A stretch of DNA of 64,000 nt, taken from NCBI GenBank assembly GCA_002269645.1, contig NIVC01003688.1:1-64000 (forward strand). The letters run 5' to 3'. Below, in pieces: positions 38,301 through 48,500 of this stretch. The notes under the pieces were generated by a model. The model had not been told where the DNA came from, ran no database searches, and saw only the letters and a program-made list of their open reading frames with translations. Both the position numbers and the translations under genes were made by a program. Within the stretch, counting starts at the first letter, position 1. Each line of letters starts with the position of its first letter. This stretch comes from Macrostomum lignano (lineage: Eukaryota).

Positions 38301-39930
38301 TGAAGGTGGGGGATCCCCGAATGTGGGATGGGATCATGGAATTTGAGATGGGGGATCCCTGAAGGTGGGATGGGATCATGGATTGACATGGAATTTGAGA
38401 TGGGGATCCCTGAAGGTGCGATGGGATCATGGAATTTGAGATGGGGATCCCTGAAGGTGGGATGGGATCATGGAATTTGAGATGGGGGATCCCTGAAGGT
38501 GGGATGGGATCATGGAATTTGAGATAGGGATCCCTGAAGGTGGGATGGTATCATTGAATTTGAGATGAGGATCCCTGAAGGTGGGATGGGATCATGGAAT
38601 TTGAGATGGGGGATCCCTGAAGGTGGGATGGGATCATGGAATTTGAGATAGGGATCCCTGAAGGTGGGATGGGATCATGGAGTTTGAGATGGGGATCTCT
38701 GAAGGTGGGATGGGATCATGGAATTTGAGATTGGGGATCCCTGAAGGTGGGATGGGATCATGGAATTTGAGATAGGGATCCCTGAAGGTGGGATGGGATC
38801 ATTGAATTTGAGATGGGGATCCCTGAAGGTGGGATGGGATCATGGAATTTGAGATAGGGATCCCTGAAGGTGGGATGGGATCATGGAGTTTGAGATGGGG
38901 ATCTCTGAAGGTGGGATGGGATCATGGAATTTGAGATTGGGGATCCCTGAAGGTGGGATGGGATCATGGAATTTGAGATAGGGATCCCTGAAGGTGGGAT
39001 GGGATCATTGAATTTGAGATGGGGATCCCTGAAGGTGGGATGGGATCCTTGAATTTGAGATGGGGATCCCTGAAGGTGGGATGGGATCATGGAATTTGAG
39101 ATGGGGATCCCTGAAGGTGGGATGGGATCATGGAATTTGAGATGGGGATCCCTGAAGGTGGGATGGGATCATTGAATTTGAGATGGGGATCCCTGAAGGT
39201 GGGATGGGGATCACTGAAGTTGGGATGGGGAGTGGGGAGATCGATTTACAATATAAAGTGAAGTTTATAGTCCAGAGTACAAATAATTTCGAAAGTAATA
39301 TTTCATGTTATAAAAGAGATTTACCTGCAGTCCAGCCCAGTCCGTAGGCACAGTCTTAGCTAAACAATCTGTAATCAGACGCTCAGCCAGTTGGTTCTCC
39401 ATCAAAGGTCGCAATCGATCAGCCAATGTAGTCATTGCTGCTGGCTGTTGGTCAGACTGGCTCTGCTGCTGCTGCTCTTCAGAAGTGTCGGACAGCGGCA
39501 GGCTCAGCAGGAACTCGCGCAGCGTGTCCAGAGTTGGCGACAGACAGGCGCACAGAGCCAATGGTAGCGGCGGCCTACGAGAGCACCGACGCTGACTGTC
39601 GCTATCATCGACATCGTTTTTGACGTCAGCCTCGCCGTCGGCGGCCTGCTGCTCTTGGCCAGCATCCAGCAGCACCAATTCTAATTGATTTTCAACTGCA
39701 TTGCATTCCAATACGAGAGATCCGTCAGATATTACTGGCAGTAGGAAGCGGGACAGCAGGGTGTCGGCTAATTGGGCGTCCACTTTGGAGTGGAACAGCT
39801 TGAGAGCCTGAAAAGTGAGGCAAAGTTTAATCATGATAATGAGATACTCAATACTAAGATTAATGGAAACATTTCAAATAAAACAGGCAGGCAGACAGAC
39901 AGGAAGGCAGACAGACAAATAGACAGATAC

Positions 39931-39989
<59 letters not shown>

Positions 39990-40076
39990 GGCAGGCAGAC
40001 AGACAGACAGACAGACAAACAAATCGACAGATCCACAGACAGACAGACAGGCAGGCAGGCAGACAGACAGGCAGGC

Positions 40077-40117
<41 letters not shown>

Positions 40118-42525
40118 AATCGACAGATCCACAGACAGACAGACACACTAATACAGATAGGTAAGGCAAATACTGCTCTGTAGATAGACAGATAGTGACA
40201 CTAAGATAGATAGAAACACAGGCAAACCAAACAAGCAGTTAACCCAGACACCGGTGCAGATGGAGAATAGAAGTCAAAAAACGCTACGTAAGGCTTGACA
40301 AACCTGAAACGCCCGCACAAGTTTTGGCGCATTGGCGAGATTTCGGACAGTCAAACTGCAGATCAGCGGTCGCTCCAGCGGCTCTTTGAACACAAAATTA
40401 TTGGACCACATTGACAAGAAGGCGTCGTGCAGATTGTGCTTGCACGTTATAAATAGATTGCGTAGCAGGGTGAGAACCTGAAAAGAGTCGGTTGATGCGT
40501 GCTTTTGATTTAGACTCAAGACCTCACATCTACTCAATACCGATTCAGATCTATTTTATCTAGATTCACATCTATCCTATCCACATGTATATTCAGATCT
40601 ATCCCATCTAGATTCAGATCTATCCTATCTAGATTCAGATCTATCCCATCTACATGCAGATCTATCCTATCTAGATTCAGATCTATCCCATCTAGATGCA
40701 GATCTATCCTATCTAGATGCAGATCTATCCTATCTAGATGCAGATCTATCCCATCTAGATTCAGATCTATCCTATCTAGATTTACATCTATCCTATCTAG
40801 ATTTACACATCCATCCCAGCTAGATTTACACATCTATCCCATCTAGATGCAGATCTATTCCATCTAGATTCACATCTATTCCATCTAGATTCAAATTCAT
40901 TCCATCTAGATTCACATCTATTCCATCTAGATTCACATCTATTCCATATAGATTCACATCTATTCCATCTATATTCACATATATCCCATGTAGATTCAGA
41001 TCTATCCTACCTAGATTGAGATCCATCCAATCTAGATTCGCATATATACTATCTAGAATCAGACTTAACCAATATAGATCAGATCTATTACATCTACATT
41101 CAAATTTAACGAATCGAGATTCAGACCTATCCAATTAACAATTCTGAGCCCACCTGAATATCCTCTTTAACAAGTTGTAAATCGCGACGAAACAGCGCGT
41201 CGAGAGCGACAACTTCGTCGATGCAGTCCAGATATCGGCCCTCTTTAGTGCTCTGCTGCAGGCTGGCCATGCGGCACTGAATGTCGCTAATGACTGACAT
41301 GGCCTGGTGGACCAGCTCGGCGCTGCGCAGCTGCTCCAGCACCTTTGGGGAAGGTGGGACAGACGGTTAATAATTGAAGACGGGAACTCCGCGATAACAT
41401 TGAGAATGAGGATCTGCGATAGCTTCGGTTTAGAACGGAGGATTTGATGCCACAGTTGGCCCAGCAACTGAGGATCCGGGAGGCTGGCCCAGCAACTGAG
41501 GATCTGGAAGGCTGGCCCAGCAACTGAGGATCTGGAAGGCTGGCCCAGCAACTGAGGATCTGGGAGGCTGGCCCAGAAACTGACACTCTGGGAGGCTGGC
41601 AGCCAAGCAACTGAGGATCTGGGAGGCTGGCAGCCAAGCAACTGACACTCTGGGGGGCTGGCCCAGCAACTGAGGATCTGGGAGGCTGGCCCAGCAACTG
41701 ACACTTTGGGGTGCTGGCCCAGCAACTGACACTCTGGGGGGGGGCTGGCCCAGCAACTGAGGATCTGGGAGGCTGGCCCAGCAACTGAGGATCTGGGAGG
41801 CTGGCCCAGCAACTGAGGATCTGGGAGGCTGGCAGCCAAGCAACTGAGGATCTGGGAGGCTGGCAGCCAAGCAACTGACACTCTGGGGGGCTGGCCCAGC
41901 AACTAAGGATCTGGGAGGCTGGCCAGCAACTGAGGATCTGGGAGGCTGGCCCAGCAACTGGGGATCTGGGAGGCTGGCCCAGAAACAGATTATCTGGGAG
42001 GCTGGCTTAGCAACTGGGGATCTGGGAGGGCGGCGGTGACCCAGCATCTGGGGATCTGGGAGAAAAAAATTTAAATCTAGCAATCCAATATTTTTATCAC
42101 AGGTGGCTCACAAACTGAGGATCTTCAATGGTTATGGGAAGACACTATAAGAATCCTAAGCGTGGTTCAGGCCTTGGCTAAAGTTACTGATTTATCCTAC
42201 ACAGACCAAATAGAGAATCAGTGCCAATGATGCAACTAGCAGCTCGTAAGTCAGCTATCTTGTTCACCTTAGGATATTCCGCCAATCTCGCGTCCACCTC
42301 GGGCAGCACCTCGGACCTGGCCCGCTCGATAGCCTGGCCTAATCGGGTCTCAAGCTCGGCCACAGCCTGGGCCAGACTGGCCGACTCGCTGCGCGTGGCT
42401 TTGAAACAGTCAACAAGGCCAGCATCGTTTTCCAGCATGTGCAACATGTCGGCCTTCAAATCGCCAATTGTCACCATCAACGATTTCATGTTGGCAATAA
42501 TGGCCTCGTCTGATTGCTCGGACAT
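35330..42525 (-). CDS. ZW10: Kinetochore/NRZ tethering protein ZW10, 7 exons: 42525-42268, 41342-41154, 40477-40304, 39807-39325, 38061-37754, 36856-36521, 35978-35330 (about 798 aa)
   Basis: FAFPTCRVSQSA, PQLAALYYNNCHYLAH and C-terminal [39 protein letters not shown] match ZW10 motifs. All six GT-AG junctions are in phase. Confidence 0.95.
36035..36470. repeat. About 23-bp array GGGATTATGAGCGATTCTTT (ZW10 intron 6)
   Basis: Direct periodicity. Confidence 0.88.
37030..37705. repeat. 40-bp array GACCAATCAGAGAATCGATGACTCACTCAGCACACTCGCT (ZW10 intron 5)
   Basis: Direct periodicity. Confidence 0.92.
38125..39225. repeat. 41-42 bp array GGGATCCCTGAAGGTGGGATGGGATCATGGAATTTGAGAT (ZW10 intron 4)
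   Basis: Direct periodicity. Confidence 0.95.
39880..40160. repeat. (CAGA)n microsatellite (ZW10 intron 3)
   Basis: Direct. Confidence 0.95.
40540..41130. repeat. 21-bp array ATCTAGATTCAGATCTATCCC (ZW10 intron 2)
   Basis: Direct periodicity. Confidence 0.92.
41456..42060. repeat. 28-bp array CCCAGCAACTGAGGATCTGGGAGGCTGG (ZW10 intron 1)
   Basis: Direct periodicity. Confidence 0.94.
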
Positions 42526-42694
42526 TGTGCCAATTTGACAGTTGTCAAATAGGCAGTTCTTGACATGAATTTAAAGGAAAATTTGTATTCCAAGGGTTTT
42601 TTAAGCATCGAAATATCAGTGCGAATTGGACCTCCAGGGTCCAAATTCAGGATTCCAAATTGATAACTAGGATGCCAATTGGCATAATTTAGAA

Positions 42695-42961
42695 CAGGGG
42701 TTGGCATACTTTTTACCTCAAGGGCCACATAGAGAACCTAGCGCATGACTGCAAGTCAGAGGAGGAGAGAGAGGAGAGGTGAGGGTGAGGGAATTAAAGA
42801 GAAGAGAGGAGACAGGAGGGGAGGAGAAAGAGCTGAGAAGAGTCACAAACCTTGAGCAGGCCAGATTGCTATAATTGTGAAGTTTAAAAGGACCCTGAGG
42901 GCCAGATAGAAAAGTTTTGCAGGCCACATGGGGCTGGCAGACTGGAGTTTGCAAACCCTTG
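42695..42961. mobile_element. hAT (Charlie/MER58-like) MITE, degenerate
   Basis: Ends CAGGGGTTGGCATACT...AAGGGCCACAT and GTTTGCAAACCCTTG. The TSD is only partly conserved (ATTTAGAA / GTGCAGAA). Confidence 0.6.
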
Positions 42962-43026
42962 GTGCAGAAGTTCAAAATCAAAAATAAAAAATCAAAATCT
43001 CTACCTAGAATGACATTGGTTATAAT

Positions 43027-43298
43027 CATACATGCGCAACCTCCAAAATTCGGTCGGCCATGCGACTTAGTTTTAACAAAAATGCGACGTAGTTTTTGGC
43101 CAAAAATGCAAAATTAACGCAACTGTGGGAAAAAGGGAAGGAGTAACTATGACTGTCTTATTAAGTCAAAATGCCTCGTCAGCTACATAGTACTACTACT
43201 TTGGTATTTTTTCGGGTGGGCATTTTTGCGACTTCCTTGGTTGGCCGCCAAATCGGTCGGCCGGATCGGCCGACTTGGCCGACTGTTGCGCATGTATG
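43027..43298 (+). mobile_element. MITE copy 1 carrying a 28S rRNA fragment (43128-43191)
   Basis: 14-bp perfect TIR CATACATGCGCAAC; 8-bp TSD GTTATAAT at 43019-43026 and 43299-43306; internal GGAGTAACTATGACT...AAATGCCTCGTCA. Confidence 0.92.
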
Positions 43299-44573
43299 GT
43301 TATAATGAATAATGATGATAATAATTCTTCTAAGGTTCCTTTGTAAGGCCAACATTTTAGGCCTAGACTGATTTTTTCAAATAATAATAAAAGTTTGGCT
43401 ATTTTAGTTTTATTAGGTCTATCATTAGATCTATTTTTTAAATACAAGTATATTAGGTTGAGCCACAAGTTTATAGAATTTGAACAATTGGAAACTATAA
43501 CAAATAGTCTCAAGAACAAACAGTTTATAGCAATATTATATAGTTACCATTTAAGGCCTTGACCCTCTCCTAACTTGCTTGCAATGCCTTGATACCCTCT
43601 TTCCAGAAGCTTGCAAGCCTTGAATCTATCTATTTCTACATTGCCTGTTCTAAATGTTGCTTGTTGGCAAATTGCTATCTATTGCAAAAGCTCTAAAAGG
43701 ACCTAAACGCATGGCAAGAGGTCTGATAAGCATGGTAGGTGGGGCAAAACATTGAAGCTTAGACTTGTGAGCTTGGCCTAGGTAAGTATTCTTTGTGAAG
43801 CTACACATTGTCAAAAAGGAGCTCCTTGTCATGGTACCCTAGGTAGAGTCTGACCAAGATAAAATTTTTGTTTTCAAGTGAGATTAAGCAAGAATTAAAA
43901 AAATTGAGATTGAGAATAAGTTGATTGAGAATTGGAGATCTGGCTACAATTGTGAATTTGTATAGGAAGAATAGGCCTAGTACTTATGATAAGATATATA
44001 AAACTTAGCCTATATTATAAATAAGTAGATAATAATAATACAAAAGAAGACTCAAATGTGCCATCATAATAAAATATATGTAGCAATATGCAAAAGTAAG
44101 CCATTAACTCTGCCTGTGCCACTGTATGCCATTGCAAGATAAGATATATAAATAGGTTGAAGGTTGGTAATGGCCTACCAGGTGAGCCATAGGATCATGA
44201 TTCATGGTATACCTATGCCAAAACAAATCCTAGGCCTATCAAAATAGTAATTGTTACGCCATGTGCTGGAATTTTTTTTGCAAAAAGAAAAATTATTGAG
44301 ATTATGTATTAAGATTAAGATTGTTTAATTTAAGATTTCTTATGTAATATTAATATATAGCAAATATATAGGCCTAGGCCTAAAAATGTAAGGCCTAAAG
44401 TTAAAAGAATTTATTATTAGTTAAATCATTTTAATTCTTGTACTGCTACTGCTAGCCACTAGGGCGTAGTAATAATAAATACTAAATAGACATATGGACT
44501 AGGCCTATAGCCTGCCTATCTATACAGGCCCAGGAGGCAGGAGCTACTGATTCAATTGTCATAAGGCGTATAC

Positions 44574-44857
44574 CATACATGCGCAACCCCCCTGATTTAC
44601 ACTGGCCATGCGACTTACTTTTTGACAAAAAATGCGACTTAGGCCTACCTATGAAAGAAACTCTAAGAGCAGCATTAACGCAATTTTGGGTAAACGGCAG
44701 GAGTAACTATGACTGTCTTATAAGGGCTAAATGCCTCGTCATCTAATTAGTACTACGTCTGTATTCTTTGGGGTGGGCATTTTTGCGACTTACCCCTGGT
44801 CCACCACAATTTACGGTGGCCAGATCGGCCAGGTCGGCCAGCAGTTGCGCATGTATG
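44574..44857 (+). mobile_element. MITE copy 2 carrying a 28S rRNA fragment (44688-44751)
   Basis: Same 14-bp TIR; 8-bp TSD GCGTATAC at 44566-44573 and 44858-44865. The 64-nt segment is 56/64 identical (ungapped) to the recalled conserved eukaryotic 28S helix 69-71 sequence. Confidence 0.93.
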
Positions 44858-45583
44858 GCGTATACTATAGGGCCTAGTCTTACAAAACGAGTAGGCCTAG
44901 ATCAAAAAATTCCAAAAATGCGTGTAGGGGCGAAAATCAAGCTTAGTGGCGCAAAAAATGCGTATAGGCGTATAGCGGCGAAAAATCAAGCTTAGGCCTT
45001 AGGAACTTAGGGCCATTATGGGCGCAAAAAAGTGTTTGGGGCGAAAAATCAAGTTTAGGGGCGCAAACTTTAGGTTTTTGGAGGCGCAATATGTTCTGTC
45101 AGGCTATTTTGTAGAGGGGGGGGCGAACCTGCGTATCCGCCCCTGCGTATGTAGGGCCTAGGTTAGGCTTACTTAAAAACCTGAAACCTTAAAAAACGTG
45201 AGTGATAAATTATTGAATGAAACAGGTGTGGTGAAGCAAACACGCAAACTTTTGCATTCAAATTTTTTTAGAATCTTCACAGATAATAACAGCTTCTAAA
45301 GAAGCTCAGTTGTATGCGCACAGTAATTAAAGTTTGTCACATGCTTATTCTTTCTATTTTGCTTTAATGTTGTTTTGTTTTATTAGCCCTGTGTTTAATT
45401 ATTTTCAAAAAAACATTTTCATACGGTCGCATTATTTACTACTACTACTGCAATTGGCAAGTACTGCGATATTTTGTGCCGAAGTTGTAACCAAATACAT
45501 TTCCTATTTAATAGTGAGATAGGCCTTAATTTAAGCCTATTCTTGTAAACAAAAAGTCAAGTTTTACTGGGAGTGGCAGAACG

Positions 45584-48500
45584 ATGTCATATGCAAAGGG
45601 TCGCGTTTTGCACATCAGGAATTTGTCCAATCGAGCTGTGTAAGTTTTTGTCATGTCATTAAATTAATTGTTGTGCTATGGTAGCCCCTATGGGTTATTA
45701 TTTAGTTAGGCCTATAATAAACCTATAAGTAAGACATTCATTCTCTCTTATGTTGCTTTTTGCAGTGGCAATTGGGCCATTGGCATAAAAAGTCTTTTCA
45801 CCTAGTTGGATAGGCCTACCAGTCATTTTGGTGACAAGTCATTTTGGTGACAGACAATTCGGTGACAAATAGTCATTTTGGTGACAAAGAGTGGTCGTTT
45901 CAGTGACAAAGAGTAGACGTTTCAGTGACAAATAAAGTTTGTTTCATAATATTAGTTTGTAGTTATTTTGTATATCTATAATATACATATACTATATGTA
46001 TAATTTATAATCTTTGTTAATATCCATGTATAAGTGTCTAGCTTTTATACAGACCCTTAAAGAGTGGATGTTTCAATGACAAATGAAAGACTTGGTAAGA
46101 GATCTTTTTATCAAGTTAGTTTTTAGCTTGTACAAGCTAGTTTTCAATTATTTTGTGTTTATTTAACAAAGCCCAAAAGGAGCAGATAAGTGGTACATAT
46201 ACATAAAGCACTTGCGATGAAATTATAAATACTATAAAGGCTCAAAAGCTCAAAAGGAATGGTATAATGATGGATCCAAATATTCAGATTCGGATTCCGA
46301 ATCCAAAGAAAAGTCTCACTTTTTTAGAAATCCGAATGTTTCAGATTTGGAAATTTTATTTTCCGAATTTCCTAATGTGCTTCCAAATATGAAAAAAAAA
46401 TTCAAAACAAAATTATGCTAATGTAAAAGAAATACAACTTTTTGAAAAGAAAGTCCATTAAAAAATAGGAATGCAAAAATTAGTATAATATCTTTCATTT
46501 TTACAATTGTCTGTTTTTGCAGTAACATATATTATAAAAAAGTGTTATTAAGTAAAGTTAATTAACTTCGTAACCTTTGAGGCATTCAACCTAAAGTTGC
46601 AGAAACATTTAATCGCAGTAATCATTGTTTAAGTGTAATCATTACATTTTTCAAAATGCAAATGCAATGGACTTTATGTGCACTAAATTATACACAGTAA
46701 CTTAGTTATCATATTAAATTGCACAAATATAGCAAGAACGGAGGCAGGACACTAAATTTGACTTTGAGCCTTTACTGGCCAATCGCGCGCTTGCATAGCT
46801 CACCGCTTACAAGGCACACTCTAAAGCATAGCCAGTAACAGTTCAAGCCATGATTCAGCATTTATTGGACTCACCATCAAGCTAAGGCAATGAAATTTAA
46901 CTGATATAAAGTTACGAATATAAAGTATTAAGCAAAACAAAAATATACGAGTATTAATACATTGCAATGCAATTACTTTGCTTTACTTAACACCCGCCTC
47001 AAGTTGGCACCAATTTAAATTACAAAATTAAGGTGTACTACACAAACGTAATATCAGTTAGTATTAGTAATTGGAATTAGTTAGATTAGATATATAAGTT
47101 TTGAGTTTAAGTCTAGTTTAATTCAATTCAGATACTAGATAGATATAGTATAAGCCTGAGATTAGATTGAATCTTATCAGTAAATTAATGTATAGCGCTA
47201 ATACGATTACTAATTAGATGACAAGGCATTTTTGTCACTAAAAGGTGTCATATTTACTCTCGCTGTGTACCTTTTACTTTTGTCTACATTCAAAAACACA
47301 TTCAGATATTTGGATTCGGATTCAGAATTTGTTTGTACATTCGGATTTGGTTTTGGCAACTCTCAAAAATCTACATTTGGTCCATCAATAGAATGTTATA
47401 TGTACACCACACTCAGAAAGGTGTACATTATAGTGGAAAATTCTGGCACATATAAAAAAAATGTGCACAAAGCAGCGTATACAGTGTACAACAAAGGCTT
47501 AGCAGAAGTTTTTAGTGCACAGTGGCATATAGCAAAACCTGATCAGAAAAATTTAGCTTACAATGAATCACTTAAATGTATAATCTGCATATGCAGTGCA
47601 TAAAATATGCTTTAAGATCAAAGCATATTCTGCTTAAAGGAGCAGGATATGAACATAAAGCACTTGCATTGAACTTATATTGTAAAGAAACAAAGCTCAA
47701 AAAGAGCAGTACATATACATAAACTGATAAAGCACTTGCATTGAAATTATAAATACTATAAAGGCACATAGCTCAAAAGGAGCGGTATATGTACATAAAG
47801 TGCTTGCATTGAAATTATAAAGTTCAGAAGTTTAGAAAGCACTTAGTTAGCTAGATTGTCTATTATCCACTGGCACCTGAAACAGCAGCAGGGGCACGCA
47901 CAGTCTGCCGCAAGCCCACAGCAAATGCATGGCAGTCATATTGCTGTCCTGATACTTGCCCTAGAGCTCAAATATTTGGCCTTGCATGTCTCTGTATTGA
48001 CGCCTCTGGATGCATTTTAGTGCCCTCTGTGAGAGCATTTGTGCCTGCAAAGGTGCAGCACTTGAATGAGCAGGTAAAATTGGATATTGCTGCATTGAGC
48101 TCAGTGTTGAAGGTGACAGCTTAGCCAATTCCCATATAATCCTTGACATCTCAATGAATCCCCATGATGTCAAAATGTCCTAATGTTATAGAATCTACTA
48201 ATATAGAACATTCTTAAAGTTGATAAATGCATTATGATAGCTTTTCTCTCATTAGTAATTTTAGTCATAATTTAATTCAACATTTATAATAACTTGTTTT
48301 AATGAAGATAAGACTATACATAATTTGTGCTAATTAAAAAATAGTTTAACTAAATAAATTTATTTTATAACCTTATTGCTTTCAAATATCAAATTACAGT
48401 TTCCAAAAAATTTCCCCTTAATTTTTGGATTTTGTCATATTTATATTATATATATTGCTACATTTCATACATAATATGAGCCATAAGCCCACAATCCCTA

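Larger units (their letters stand above)
42526..45583. promoter_or_regulatory. Divergent (head-to-head) intergenic region between ZW10 and SRSF10-like
   Basis: The start codons at 42525 (-) and 45584 (+) point away from each other. The transcription starts cannot be located from sequence. Confidence 0.5.

Noticed and set aside
44688-44751. 28S rRNA gene
   Set aside because: Only 64 nt match, and they are enclosed by TIRs and TSDs; reported as captured sequence, not an rRNA gene.
45829-47350. GGTGACAA / GTCAC and GGATTCGGATT repeat blocks suggesting nested TIR elements in SRSF10 intron 1
   Set aside because: Ends and TSDs could not be defined by eye.
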